DNA of 64,000 bases from Glycera tridactyla (taxonomy: Eukaryota). The translations under genes and the position numbers were made by a program. Shown one piece after another: positions 26,201-41,200 of the stretch (its first letter is position 1; each line of letters begins with the position of its first letter). The stretch spans positions 8,556,001 to 8,620,000 of the forward strand of contig OZ286465.1 of NCBI GenBank assembly GCA_965644265.1, read 5' to 3'. The notes under the pieces were generated by a model. That model worked only from the letters and a program-made list of their open reading frames with translations, did no database searches and was not told where the DNA came from.

Positions 26201-29200
26201 TAGAGGACAGTGAGAATAACAACAAGGTGTTTGACACCTGTTTATACAGGAGCTGTAGACATTATTCTGATAAAGATGAAAAAGATTGATGAGTGTGCAA
26301 CTGCTGTTTATCTTGATACTTAAATAGAGTGTGTGATATTGTATTGCGAAGCAGTCATCTAGCAGTGGGAATGAATCATTGCAGGTATACCGCCTCAATA
26401 TTGCTGCTCCCACACAATCCATGCACTGAATGCTACTATTACCACAGATCGCCAACTCATTCACCAGTACTTTTCACAATCACAACACCTTCATTGCATT
26501 TTGCTGATTTGACTTTTTCAAATGCACCTGATTCTCACTATGTGTTCTCATGTCATTGTCTGACATGTAGCATTGGTCTGGTACATTGCATCCACTTATA
26601 TTCACTAATACAGGCTGTTTGAGCACCTAGTTCGGTGTGGAATATATGAATGCTGGGTTACATCAACTTGGGGTCTGAGTCATTTTGAATTATCAGTAAA
26701 ATTGGTTTCATTCTTTGATCAACCGCATTTAGTAGTGACCTCTCAAATTTGTCAAGGATACATTTTGGCCACAGAAAAATATTCAGATTGAACAGTAGCG
26801 TATGGCATAGAATGATCATCAGTATATGCGCCAAGATTCATCCGGGATGCTTTCTGGGTTGAATTGATGCTGGCAAACGCCTGATATCCAAGCATAAAAT
26901 CATACTGCTGCGGGATTGATGAGGGAATGTGAGTTCCGTCGTGAGTGTATGATGACTGTGCTGCAATTGTAAGGTTGTTATTGGAAGTTCCCTGAGATTC
27001 ACACATTTGACTATGCCTCGACTTTTAGTGCCATTCAATTCGCTCTGGACCCATATAGTCTGTATCCTGAAACATAGCAGCCATTGCTCGCCGTTGAGCA
27101 GGTTGGGGAGATCAGTCGACATCTGGTTATTGGCAAGTGATACGTCTGCAGGATATCAGTCATTAAACGAAGGATCGTCCTTGTAGCTGCTACTCTGATG
27201 TTGACTCTGATCTCCTTAAGCAAGCCTCAAATAATCCTGCCTGAGATGAAGCGACGTCGATCAATCAATCAATCAATCAATCAATCCCTCAACAATGCAG
27301 CATGTAGAATTCCAAGGAGGTGTGTCAGGGACTCTGTGAGAACTTGGCCGCTATTCAGTAGCGATTCCTATGAGGAGGGATTGGGCAATTGCTTGATATT
27401 TCGGGGATCCTGAATACAGATCTGTCTGTGAAATGAACAACGAATGAGTATCTTTCATACACTACCATTGTTTGCATCTCACACCTCCATATTTCACTTC
27501 ATTGACAGATGCCACACTACCATCATTTGCATCTCACACCTTCATATTTAGCTTCATTGACAGATGCCACACTACCATTGTTTGCATCTCACACCTCCGT
27601 ATTTCACTTCATTGACAGATGCCACACTACCATCGTTTGCATCTCACACCTTCATATTTAGCTTCATTGACAGATGCCACACTACCATCGTTTGCATCTC
27701 ACGCCTCCATATTTCACTTCATTGACAGATGCCACACTACCATCATTTGCATCTCACACCTCCATATTTCGCTTCATTGACAGATGCCACACTACCATCG
27801 TTTGCATCTCACACCTCCATATTTCGCTTCATTGACAGATGCCACACCACCATCGTTTGCATCTCACACCTGCGTATTTCGCATCATTGACAGATGCCAC
27901 ACTACCATCGTTTGCATCTCAAACCTCCATATTTCGCTTCATTGACAGATGCCACACTACCACCGTTTGCATCTCACACCTCCATATTTCGCTTCATTGA
28001 CAGATGCCACACTACCATCGTTTGCATCTCACACCTCCATGTTTCGCTTCATTGACAGATGCCACACTACCATCGTTTGCATCTCACACCTCCATATTTC
28101 GCTTCATTGACAGATGCCACACTACCATCGTTTGCATCTCACACCTTCATATTTCGCTTCATTGACATATGCCACCATTTCTTGTTTGTTTCCTTCAAAT
28201 CTTTTCGTGAGTGTGGATATTTCGCATATATGAGAGTCTTCGAAGTGAAACATCAATGTGGTGGTCGTTTGCAAGATATGCATGTCAAGCTCAACAGATG
28301 TCTGATTCGCCAAAGTTCTCAAGACCTCCTAATCTCGCAATTCAATCGTAGCATTGGATACGAACAAATTCAATTACTTTCTGGCCTCTGTACAGCCATA
28401 GGACAAATCGAATTCTTGGCATCAATGCAAAATGCTCAGCCTGACAGAAATGTATACAAATGGCTGAACACCTTCTCATTCACTTGATTGATTGTATGCA
28501 TGATTGTGTGGTTGATAGAGATGGCATATATCCAAGATACCGTTATCTATGATTGATAAAATACTTGTGAGACACATTGTGTCTTGACTCTTCTGTTTAT
28601 CACTCGTTCCATATTTATATTTCCTCACATAAGCTCCATGATTCTAGGTCCTTTATAACTACCTTCATGTGCCTGTATGTTCCTTGCTCACTTTGCCCTT
28701 GCCTATGAATGATGAGTGACAAGCTTCAATGGCGCACTCATCAATTTTGAAATGAAAGAAGATTTCCAGCTAGCCTGTTTCTGCGTATCTTATGATTCCA
28801 TTGTTTCTAGTTGTACTGTATTGGATCACTGAATGTTTCGTGAGCGACTGAAAGTAATTCATGTTTGCTCAGAATGTTAGATACAATACATGCAGAGGAG
28901 AAGATGATGATTCCATTTCTTATGTAATTGATGATGTATCACACATATCCAACTGATATATAAATGACAAGCAACTCGATCATAGTAAGATTTTGTGGAA
29001 TGCCACCTTGACCATATCTTTTTACTTTTTCGCGTTATAAGATAGTTGTACTCACCGTGGGACAAGTTGTTTATTGTTCTATTCATCATGATTTGAACTT
29101 CTTATTTTGAGTTGTCAATGATGATTATCCTATTGTTTACAGGAGGATCCTTCTATCCCAACACCATTTTATGAACTAGATGTAAGTCCATTACTTTTTT

Positions 29201-32200
29201 TCTAACTCTAATATGTACCAATATTTCCAAATAATGATGACATGTCTTATTGTGACTCCTTGACCAGTTATCAGGTCAAGTCTGTATAGTAAATCACAGC
29301 CTCTAGGACCACGTAGATGGCGCTAGCTGCCCCTACAGCTTCAACTGTGTAGATTTCTGGTATTTTCCTAGTTGGCTGGAGGCCAAAACAGTGGCCTCGC
29401 GTTCTTTACTTGTACTCGTGCAGCATTGTCAGTGAGCTTCGCTATTCAACCATCATTTTTAGGTTCATCATTCATCAACCAATACAGAGTGACAGAGAAG
29501 AATGGTTATGATCTGCAGTACTCAATTCCACATTGTCTAGGAAAATACTGTTGCCTGCATACATTTCGGATAGCATCATAATCTGTCTCTCAATAATATG
29601 AATGTACTCCGTTGGCTGAATGTACTCAGTATGTGTTAGCATGTAAATAATGATCATTGATATCAGCTATGTGAGCCTCATCAGATTGGTTGTCGGATTG
29701 TTCACATTTTTCCTTTTATAAGGCTGGGTTATATTTAGATGCCCGAACAATGATCATGGACAGGATCATGCAAAGTTCCTCTTGGAAAGTGAGTGTCATT
29801 TCTCACTGAAGGCCACATGGACTGATCACATGCTTACAGCGTGACTGTCGAAAACGTATATAACATGTGTTGTGGAATACAGAATTCAGTTGCAATGACT
29901 GGATCAATCACTGATTCCAATATTCCCTGATATAAGCGGTACTCTATGTTCTTCCTATTGCAGTTACGGAGGCGTATGATTGACAGAGAAACAGATGAGC
30001 TCGTGATGAGAGTCAAACATCACTATGATAATATGGTGGGTATCTTGACAGTTATCATTTTCATTGGTGAAAATTGAAATAGGTGTCATCTTTGAACGGA
30101 TCATCAATATTCGATTGAAACTTTTGATTATTTTTCGAACATTTTATGAATATTTATCGCACATGCCTCACGGAGTGTGCATTCCTGCCACTTAAAATAC
30201 TAGGCATTATCAAAGTGCCGTATGGTCAGTGTCAATCTGTCTAGGTGTTATGCATCATGCATCTAGTCGGGCGTCATGTGTATGAATGCAGAATGCATCT
30301 AGTTCGGTGTCATGCAGCTATAGTATGCTCATTGTATGAATGCATCATGCAGCTATAGTATGTTCAACGTATGAATGCCTCATGCAGCCATAGTATGCTC
30401 ATTGTATGAATGCATCATGCAGCTATAGTATGCATTGTATGAATGCATCATGCAGCTATAGTATGCTCATTGTATGAATGCATCATGCAGCCATAGTATG
30501 CTCATTGTATGAATGCATCATGCAGCTATAGTATGCTCATTGTATGAATGCATCATGCAGCCATAGTATGCTCATTGTATGAATGCATCATGCAGCCATA
30601 GTATGCTCATTGTATGAATGCATCATGCAGCTATAGTATGCTCATTGTATGAATGCATCATGCAGCCATAGTATGCTCATTGTATGAATGCATCATGCAG
30701 CTATAGTATGCTCATTGTATGGATGCATCATGCAGCCATAGTATGCTCATTGTATGAATGCATCATGCAGCTATAGTATGCTCATTGTATGAATGCATCA
30801 TGCAGCCATAGTATGCTCATTGTATGAATGCATCATGCAGCTATAGTATGCTCATTGTATGAATGCATCATGCAGCTATAGTATGCTCATTGTATGAATG
30901 CATCATGCAGCTATAGTATGCTCATTGTATGAATGCATCATGCAGCCATAGTATGCTCATTGTATGAATGCATCATGCAGCTATAGTATGCTCATTGTAT
31001 GGATGCATCATGCAGCCATAGTATGCTCATTGTATGAATGCATCATGCAGCCCTAGTATGCTCATTGTATGAATGCATCATGCAGCTATAGTATGCTCAT
31101 TGTATGAATGCATCATGCAGCTATAGTATGCTCATTGTATGGATGCATCATGCAGCCATAGTATGCTCATTGTATGAATGCATCATGCAGCCATAGTATG
31201 CATTGTATGAATGCATCGTGCAGCTATAGTATGCTCATTGTATGGATGCATCGTGCAGCTATAGTATGCTCATTGTATGAATGCATCATGCAGCTATAGT
31301 ATGCTCATTGTATGAATGCATCGTGCAGCTATAGTATGCTCATTGTATGAATGCATCATGCAGCTATAGTATGCTGATTGTATGAATGCATCATGCAGCC
31401 ATAGTGTGCTCATTGTATGAATGCATCATGCAGCCATAGTATGCTCATTGTATGAATGCATCATGCAGCTATAGTATGTTCAACGTATGAATGCATCATG
31501 CAGCTCGAGTATGTTCAACGTATGAATGCATCATGCATCTATAGTATGCTGATTGTATGAATGCATCATGCAGCTATAGTATGCTCATTGTATGAATGCA
31601 TCATGCAGCTATAGTATGCTCAACGTATGAAATTCATTCTCCAATGTATCAGCAGTTGTACTGAAAATAATATGCAGTGATACATACATGATGAATATAT
31701 ATTACAATTTTTTTTCTCTCACAGAAACGAGTGGCAATACATGAGAATCACTACTTCTTCACGGAACTCTCTGGTACACCATTCAGGTATGTATCATCGA
31801 GTGTAACTGAAGATGCTGGGGTTAGTTGATATCCTGCATTGTATTCACAAGTCATGTTAGCAGATGATGGCATGGGGACTGCACCATAGGCTGTATGCGC
31901 ATTCAGCACAAATTTATACTTCCATTTCGGAGACTAGTTTCTGGCCAACCTAGATAATGTGCATATATAATGCATGTCCACCATCTGATGTGGTATGATG
32001 AGTGATCTATGCATCCCAGCATATGCCATCATTGAGATCTCACCCATTGCTATCAGGCTTGAGTGTTGGCTTCCAGTCAGTTACATAGTCAGATATGCCA
32101 TAATTAGATTCAGTATGTTCGAGAAGAGTAGGTGGAGGTGTGTCTGAACTGGTAGCTACTTCCACTTGACAACCTTTCAGGTTCCCGATCATCTTGTGCT

Positions 32201-35200
32201 CAGGGTTTGTGAAAGTGATGTCTGCAGGGGAGAGAACATCTAGCTTTCATTAACCAGGAATACCCCTCATACATAATCCCGTGGGTTGATACATGCCGTT
32301 GAACCTCAAACAAACAAACAAACAATCACCCCAGTGGATGTGGAGACCAGTTACAGATAGTTTTGAGTCCATCTCTCCGTGAATTCAATGTACCTCACCA
32401 GATTTCTCACAGCTGCCTCCCACAGGAACGATACATCCACTACACTTGAGAAGTCCAATCAATGGTTAGCATATACATATGCTTCGTGGATCTCGTGTCT
32501 GAAATATCACTTGAACGTGACATCATATCATACCAGTCATGTGTCTCTATGACACATACTGTTTATTCATTATGTCACTTACTGAAAATCCAGTTAGAGG
32601 AGTAACTTCTGACACGATCGAATTACCTCATGGATATGGTTACCTCACAGTCGTACATACATGCATGTATAAGCACTCAGAACAGTCACAGTCACATCAG
32701 AGCAAGTGCCTATTACATGAAATTGTTTTGTATGACTTTTATCATCTTCTTCAAGTGTACCATTGACACTACTGTAGTAAGTTTTCCATTATCTATGTCT
32801 ATGTTGGTGAGGGCGATGTCCACGAAGACATCATTTTGACTGATCCATGAAGATACTTTTATTTCCTGAAAAGAATGATAATATGCAAAGTATTCATTTT
32901 TCTATTATCCAGTTTAGGGATAGCATTACCTACTGGATATGGCATGAACTATCTGGATGGGCGCACAAGACTTAGACCAGGCACGAGTGAGTAAAGATGC
33001 ATTGTTTATTCTTTCCAAGCACATTTCATCAGAGCAAAGTTGATACCATCTTCAAAGTCTTGCGTTTCTGTTCACCATTAGCGAGGGCATTATGTTGGCA
33101 ATGAGAACAAACAAATGTGTAAAGGTGATAATATGAGACAATTTCACAAACGACATCGATTTCAATTGATATTTTGGGTGTCTACAATTTTCATATGATT
33201 TCACCTTCGATTTGGGGATGTGAGAAATAGTTGAAAATTAGTCTGGCTGAATTAGAAGTCACGTGTACATAAACATTCCCACAGCTGAGAGTCAAACTCA
33301 CCTGGGAATCCCTCTATAGATGCTGGAGCATATTCCCTTCTGCAAGATTCAGTTTACTCTGTTTCTTGGTGTTTGATAAGAGTACTGCAGATATGAGGCA
33401 CCCTCTTGGAGTTGCTTGCATGATAGGTAGTCTGAATTGTAGACAACATGTCCAATGATTGATAAATGTAGTGCCTGTAAAGTTTTCACTTTACTATACA
33501 TTTGTGTGAATACTTCTGTTTATCTCCAGAACTCGATGCCTTCTACTCAAGCCTGGTGTGGCTTGCAGAATGGTGAGTAGTGATTAGGAATTGGACTCAC
33601 AGAAATCCACTTTGTTCCTGTGAGATTAATCACCCAGATGGGACATACATACCAGAATAACGTTATGTCCCATCTGTGCCCTGTGTGCATATCCAATCTG
33701 GGGGATGTCACAGATCAGTTTGCTGTCAGTCATCATCATCAGCATCAATATAGGCACCGGTATCGGCCTTCCAGCATGCCTCCATCACCCTGTTTGCCCC
33801 AACTCTGATATCATAACCATCTTCTACTACGCCTATCAGACCCTAGAAGAAACAATAACGATACTGGCACATCTACCTGATCTGCACATGGAACGATAAC
33901 ATTGTCACTGGATGGCGCTGCTAGTAGATAACTATTCCAATCATAGTCCTATATGATCTGAAGCCTCACCGCTGACTATACACAACAATGGCTCCCATAC
34001 CATTAATGGTGGAATTGTTTGTATCACAGTATAGAAGAAATTCATCGCTGTACATGTATATGAATTAGGTATGAAGGCCTGTGGATGACGGGAAAAGGAA
34101 TGGGCGACGAAACGATGGCTTCATAAATTATAGTGAATTAGTAGTTGAAATCATCAAGTGAATCAATCGAACCNNNNNNNNNNNNNNNNNNNNNNNNNNN
34201 NNNNNNNNNNNNNNNNNNNNNNNNNNNNNNNNNNNNNNNNNNNNNNNNNNNNNNNNNNNNNNNNNNNNNNNNNNNNNNNNNNNNNNNNNNNNNNNNNNNN
34301 NNNNNNNNNNNNNNNNNNNNNNNNNNNNNNNNNNNNNNNNNNNNNNNNNNNNNNNNNNNNNNNNNNNNNNNNNNNNACATTGATGCATACACAAAGTACA
34401 TGGTTGCAGGGATGCTGGAATATAGTTCTGGAGATTTCTCATTAATTTCTATGTACATCAGTCCAATGTGTGATGTTCTGCAGGGACTACTGTAATATGG
34501 ATACGAATGAAACTCGCCAAGATCAGGTGGAAATGCTGGTCAAATACATGGAAATGGCTCAATCTGGAAAACGCGAATTCTTGGAAATGAAATGTAAGTT
34601 GAACAAATCCACCATGATGATAGACTACCTGATTGACTGAACGTATGTCCATAGTCCGAAGCAGGGTGAATTTGATTCAGCCCAGAATCTCCCCTTTTGA
34701 TCCCGAATGTATAGCCAATGAATCATGTTTATGTTGATGGGACTATTTCATGTTGATATGAGCCATGGCTACTGTCTTCTGTATTCGAACCTCAGAAAGT
34801 CCTCCAGCCATACCAGTCTCTGGGATCTCGCAGTATTTGCTTTCTAATGCCGTCCAAAATGTGACAAAGATTTCGGATCATAAGGAGTGTTCTGATAAGC
34901 AATATGGACAATTTGAGATGAATTATTTCGGACATATCCGAATCACGAATGTGCTGTCAGAGTCCCAAATTCATCGTGCCCATGGTGCTAATCATAACAT
35001 CTGAATCTTCCGACATAAAACAACTCAGGTACAAAAATACACTATGTTCACGAAACATTGAGACAATCAAAATTGATTTGTGTTTTCACCGGTTCAGTAC
35101 AAAAAAGTATGATGCTGTTTACAATCTATATGAAGAAATACAAGAATAATGTCCACTTTCTAATGAAAGTGAAGAAGTGATGATGCTGATCAAGTGCGGC

Positions 35201-38200
35201 AGCTGGCAACTTGCTATGGGATGTGTGTACAACTGTTTTGCAGGTGATATTGAGTTGCTGGAGGGGTTACTCTTTGATGCTCAAGCAACTCGTGGTGCGT
35301 TGGCAGCTTGGATGAAGGTCAATCGTGATGGTACCAATAATCACAGCACCTCACGCAAGTAGGTAGCCTCTTGCCATNNNNNNNNNNNNNNNNNNNNNNN
35401 NNNNNNNNNNNNNNNNNNNNNNNNNNNNNNNNNNNNNNNNNNNNNNNNNNNNNNNNNNNNNNNNNNNNNNNNNNNNNNNNNNNNNNNNNNNNNNNNNNNN
35501 NNNNNNNNNNNNNNNNNNNNNNNNNNNNNNNNNNNNNNNNAGACAAGATATCAATTGAATGGAAATTGTGATTGTTTTCAGGAGGCACAGTTAGTTCCAG
35601 CAGTGACAGTATGCATGTATATGTGCGATCATGTGCATGCGTGCAATGAGCATTATAAATCTAGATACTATGCATACGATTGTCAGCGACCCTACCCACC
35701 ATGCACTGTAAAGCAGCAGTATCTATTTACATGTGTCCACACCCGCCAGTGTTTGAATCAGTGCATTTTATTGTGCCATGTTGTTATAGTAATTAAGTTT
35801 GCCATGACTAGCTGTGTGTTCCGCTGACTTGAGGACCGATGGTTGAAAATGTGGTTGGACTATAACCATTCACGGGCAAGTGGTAACAAGCACACAGCTG
35901 AAGATGACAATCCTGATCACGAGTTTTCGTTTGGCTGAAGTTGTGCACATGGTAGTGTCTTGCAAACTGTATACCTGCATATTCTTTGTCTTCCTACACG
36001 AGCTCCCTGGTACGGGCTCACCATTAGATCGTCTCACTGGTGTTGCATTTCTAGATCGGATAATCTGGTGCATTTTTCAGAAATTTCAGTTGAAAACTCT
36101 AGTTGGAATTCCAAAGAGCTGACATAGAACCAAATGCCCGGAACTCAAATATTCACAGATATGACTTCTATGTCTGGTAAGGGTGATCGTTATGAATAAT
36201 TTTGACGATGATGATGAAGGCAGTATTGATTGTCCACAGTTTTGCGGACACAAAAACGCCTTATCCGCTTGACTACTAGACATGGTAAAAGAAATTGGAA
36301 TCCCTCTACAGCATCCTGAAGATGCACTTTGTGAACTCAATGTATAAAACACAAGAGAATCTCAAGAGGTCTAAGTAAAGAATAATGTTCCTTGCTGATT
36401 GCATGGTCATTACACTATAACACCCGTGAACCACAGATTCCACGGAGGTGAAGAAATATCAAACCACACAAGCATTTCTGAAGATCAGAGCCAGCTATCT
36501 CGGTCAAAAATAGCTTGATTTCGGAAGTATCGAGAAGTATGAATTTTTACCTGTTTGTGCATCGAGTATCTCTTAGTTTTCAATCCTATGTTTTTGGACA
36601 AATATTTCCATATTCCCATGTACACCATCATAGTAGCCTCAGTATGCAATGATTTCAAGTCTGTGGGTGCATAATACTGCATTCCTTTCATACTCAGCAA
36701 ATAGTGGAGTTGCGGATCAATCATATTGTGGAGTTTTGGATTAGTTGAGACTTTTCCGTCTATCACTTGGGTAGCAGATATGCTGGATAGGCAAGGGTTG
36801 AATGTTGATGTGGTCCTCATCTCAATATTTCATAGTGTTTGTCTGTCTCTGTTCTGCTGATTCATTCTGTCTTGTTTTCCCTTCATGCAGACAGTATAGT
36901 ATTACCATATGTTATCTATGCCATGAAGCCTGTATTTGATGCGACCTAGGATGCAGTCCTCACTCCAGAAATTGGGTATTTCAAGACTAATGCTTCAAAA
37001 CTTCTGTCATGTCCATAGCATATTTTGAATAATATTCCCAACCATGTCAACAGACCTGAGATATCTAGTGTGCCATTCCATCAAAGTGAAAAGTGGGTAG
37101 AATGTGTTTGAAGTGAAATAAGAGATCAGATGACATGTTTGATTCCTACATAGTACATGGTCTTGACCATGGCAGTTCTTCGAGCAGTTTCAACATCTCA
37201 CTCTGAAATGACGTCCATATGTATTCTGTTGATCAAATTACTTTGATCCTTTCCAGAATTCAAAGCCAACATATGAATTATAGTATCATACATACTGAAT
37301 AGGTTTGTCGAGAGGATGCACAATTATTTTTCCGTTGATTTCACTCGTTCAAGATCACCCTGTGTTGAGAGTACTTGTGAATTACTGGAACGGTTTCATG
37401 GTTCGGATGGGATGACTTTATTTCATGTTGGATGATGCAAGACTGGGAGGATCAGTGATAACAAGAGAAGGCCAAATTGCATGGGTACTGGGTGTTGGGT
37501 GTTTGGTTGAAGGTCAGCTGTAGCTTCTCCTTGCATTACTGAGCATGACATTACATATTGAACACAGTTGCATGATGTGGATAAGGTCATTCTCTGGTGG
37601 AATATTAAACAGTTGAATGTGTCAAATGAAAAGCTATCTTATCAGCACAACCTACAAAAGGCAGATGAGCTATCATATCCTGGTAACCTTCAATAGCAAT
37701 CACATCCATTCTTTATTTGGTTGCACCAGTTGTTTTTTTTTCGTTTCCTTGTGTTCGCCATTTTCAGACAACAAATTTTATTATGCGCGATCTTGAATTT
37801 CACTCACTCGGGGACAAAATATGTGCAAGATAGTAGCATTCATCTTACGGGTCTTTACAAAATCTGTGGGGTCATGTTCCAGCAGTTGGTTACATCACAT
37901 GGTTTATTTTAATATTTCCTTGCCTGATTTTGCACAGTAATTGCACACTGCACTCGTGCACACTGGACAAGCATCTCAGGTAATGTTCCATTCCTCACTA
38001 CTAGCGATCGCTGACTGCGTTTAGTGGTGACCATCAGCCAGACATCTTCTTGGTAACCATGGCTTTATGTTCAATCTTTTGCATATCCATGGAAACCAGT
38101 ACAGTGGATTTCAATTTTGTATGTCTACAAACCTAACCCATGAGACAGGCGTAGTTTAACAAGCAATGCACCTGATGATCCTTGTGGTCTCAAAAAATAG

Positions 38201-41200
38201 ATGGGCATCCATTAATTCTTTCCTGAATAGATTTTCATGTTATAACTTGAACCTCTTGGAAGCTAATTGAAACCCATGAACCTGACAGTTCTCTGCTCTT
38301 GATGTATATCTGGTTGCTGAATTCGACCAACATTGTCATCAAGCGTCAATGGGATGAGGATACAGCTCCAGCGATGGCTACTATGTCGCTAACTAGGCTA
38401 CTGGCTATAAGAGAAGCAAACAACTCAAAATTGATAGGTTGTGATCACACATGACATCAGAATAATTGTGAGAATGACCTTCCCCAAAGCATGAACGTTA
38501 AGAAGCATATGTTGTTCATCTGTACTTGAGTCCTCCTCGATATAACATCATTCCCGAAATGCGGAAGATGGAAAAACTCTGTATACTTAGATGTGATCAA
38601 TTTCCCTTATGCCAAATTTAAATGATATAGTGATCCTGTCTNNNNNNNNNNNNNNNNNNNNNNNNNNNNNNNNNNNNNNNNNNNNNNNNNNNNNNNNNNN
38701 NNNNNNNNNNNNNNNNNNNNNNNNNNNNNNNNNNNNNNNNNNNNNNNNNNNNNNNNNNNNNNNNNNNNNNNNNNNNNNNNNNNNNNNNNNNNNNNNNNNN
38801 NNNNNNNNNNNNNNNNNNNNNNNNNNNNNNNNNNNNNNNNNNNNNNNTGTTTTGGTGTGTGACTCAAACAAGTTGTTGAATGAAAAACATTCCCATCTGA
38901 GGACCATACTCAGACATCTGTTTTCTGTTGGAGTCATTGAGTAAATCATACTCAATGTCTATATTCACAAGAAACATTACCACCCACTCTGAGGACAAAA
39001 ATGGATCCGACATTCTGACATTTCATGAGTTATTTTTCACGAGAGCACTCAGTGGAATAAGTTGGATGCCCATAGGACTTGTACAGAGCCAACCAAGTTG
39101 ACTCCATGTACCATTGTTCGACAGTAAATATGTACCTAACAAGCACTGCTTCTACTAATATGAGTTGCATTACTTTCTGTCTCATCAATGTCTCTTGTAT
39201 TAATCCTATTTTCTGTTCTTTATTTTATCCTCTTATACATGATACTAACACTACTAACCTTGAGCAGATTGGATATGTCATCTGATGCTAGTCCTCATAT
39301 GTAATGCTTCTATCATGGGGTAGTCTCCTTGCGAGATTTATAAACATTGCTTCATGGCAGAGCAATAGTGGAGCCTTTTAATCATACATCAAGAGCTAAC
39401 TTGTAAATGTTAGCGATTTGATGGATCTGTTTTCTCGAAATCCCTATGCAGTTGTATGGAAGTTTTGAATTCTCTCAGAAAAAAAGGTATCATTCAATTC
39501 ATGAGACTTGAATGTATCACGTTAGATCAAACCCTATTAGACTCGATATGGACGGAGACTCGGTTTGAAAACACTGATATGATATAATGTTGCAATGTAA
39601 CAAATGAATATCTGTGGTTGTAGATCAGAACAGGTTCGCCCGCTTCACTAAATGGCTTTAACAAATCTGTGTACCCAAAATTGCAGTGGCAGCTAACGTT
39701 CGATAATGTTTTATACCATTTTGTAAAGGAAATGTGGTTCCCCTTATTTTTATTTGATACGCTCGAGATAGAAAAAAGTCGAAAGGGGGTTTGGTGAATG
39801 TTTCTCTGTGAATCAAACTGAGCAGCCTTCGGATTGATATTGAAGATAGGAAATGATGAAAATTGTGATGAAAATTGTTACCCGGTGTTATCGAAACAGG
39901 CTTGGACAGTTCTTGTGACAACTTTGGTGATTCTATTGACTAATTGAGATATAAATATAAGAATGATCAACTGCCTTGCATCTGCTTTCAATTCTGTAGT
40001 CAGTAATTACTAATAATGTAGTTTGCTATTGTAAACATATAATTTCTGGTAGGTATTTGCAGATATATTAACAGATATTAGATGTTTATCAGCTATGGCA
40101 TGTTGACTCCTCAGACGGTCCCCCATGTGTCAATATATCTCGAACGAGCATGCTTTGAATCAGATGACGTGCGATGTGATGATACTGCTTTTGTCATAAG
40201 TATACATGGTATGGAAAAGGACACAATGGCAGTAGAAGAGAAGTGTTTGGACATATTGCGGTGCTCTGTACATCGCTAAGTTAGGTCATTGAATGACTTG
40301 CAGCAGATAATACGTATATATGTTATTTGGTTTCAGAGTATTTGAACAATTGACACTTGTACCATTTGTTTATTTGCGGCGGTTGCGGCGATATTTCCTA
40401 TCATTGAATGAGATGTTTACACCATTTGTAGTCCTCGGGATTAGGCCTGGCCTCAGCTATTCTTGCCTCGGGAATTTCTATTTTCAGATAACTTAGATCA
40501 GTTTATTAGGGAGTCAATACTCCTTTGGTATCAAGCAGTATTGTTTTGTCCAAACTTGACACAGTACACATGTCAAAAGTGTGTCTGAACAAGTAATGGC
40601 TGTATTATGCAGCTCATCCATTGTGAATAATTGTCAACTGGTGCTATTAACATTACAGTATGTGAATTACTCACTCATTATCAGTCTGTCCCATCTAATG
40701 CCCACAAAATGCGATTTATTTTGTCACACTCAAATCAAAAACTGCATTTTGCAATGTTATTGAATCTACAATTGAGGGCCGAAGCACTGGGGATGAATTC
40801 ATGTGTGTATGATTTGGTACTTTTCTGGATACTGTAGACAATTGACTGGTATGCTATGTAGAACTAGACTGGAATAGTGATGATCTGGTGCATTCGGGGC
40901 CATAGTTGGGTTGTTTGTGAGAAGGGAGCGGTGGAGAAATCTGATTTTGAATAAAAAGCACTTCTCGTTCTATAATGGTTCAAGATCTCATCGGAACATC
41001 GAGATACCAGCAAGACAGATATGCAGACGTCTTTCATCTTCGCAGCTTTCTCCCGGTCCGCCTAGCTCCACCTCAAGCAACCCGACCCTGGCCCTTTTTG
41101 TATGTTTGTTGCATGAGGCATGCCTGACATGATTGTAAGAGCCAGAACTCATTCCGCTGATCAACTGCTTTCAATCATCAACGTTGTTACTCAATGTATC

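Noticed and set aside
27459-28177. Regular repeat superficially like a CRISPR array
   Set aside because: No unique spacers, contiguous 55-bp units, eukaryotic intron, no cas genes; same for the other arrays.
36081-36130. Strong acceptor-like catttttcag inside the 35358-42786 intron
   Set aside because: Immediate stop in the required phase 2 and no donor; flanking exons already join in frame.
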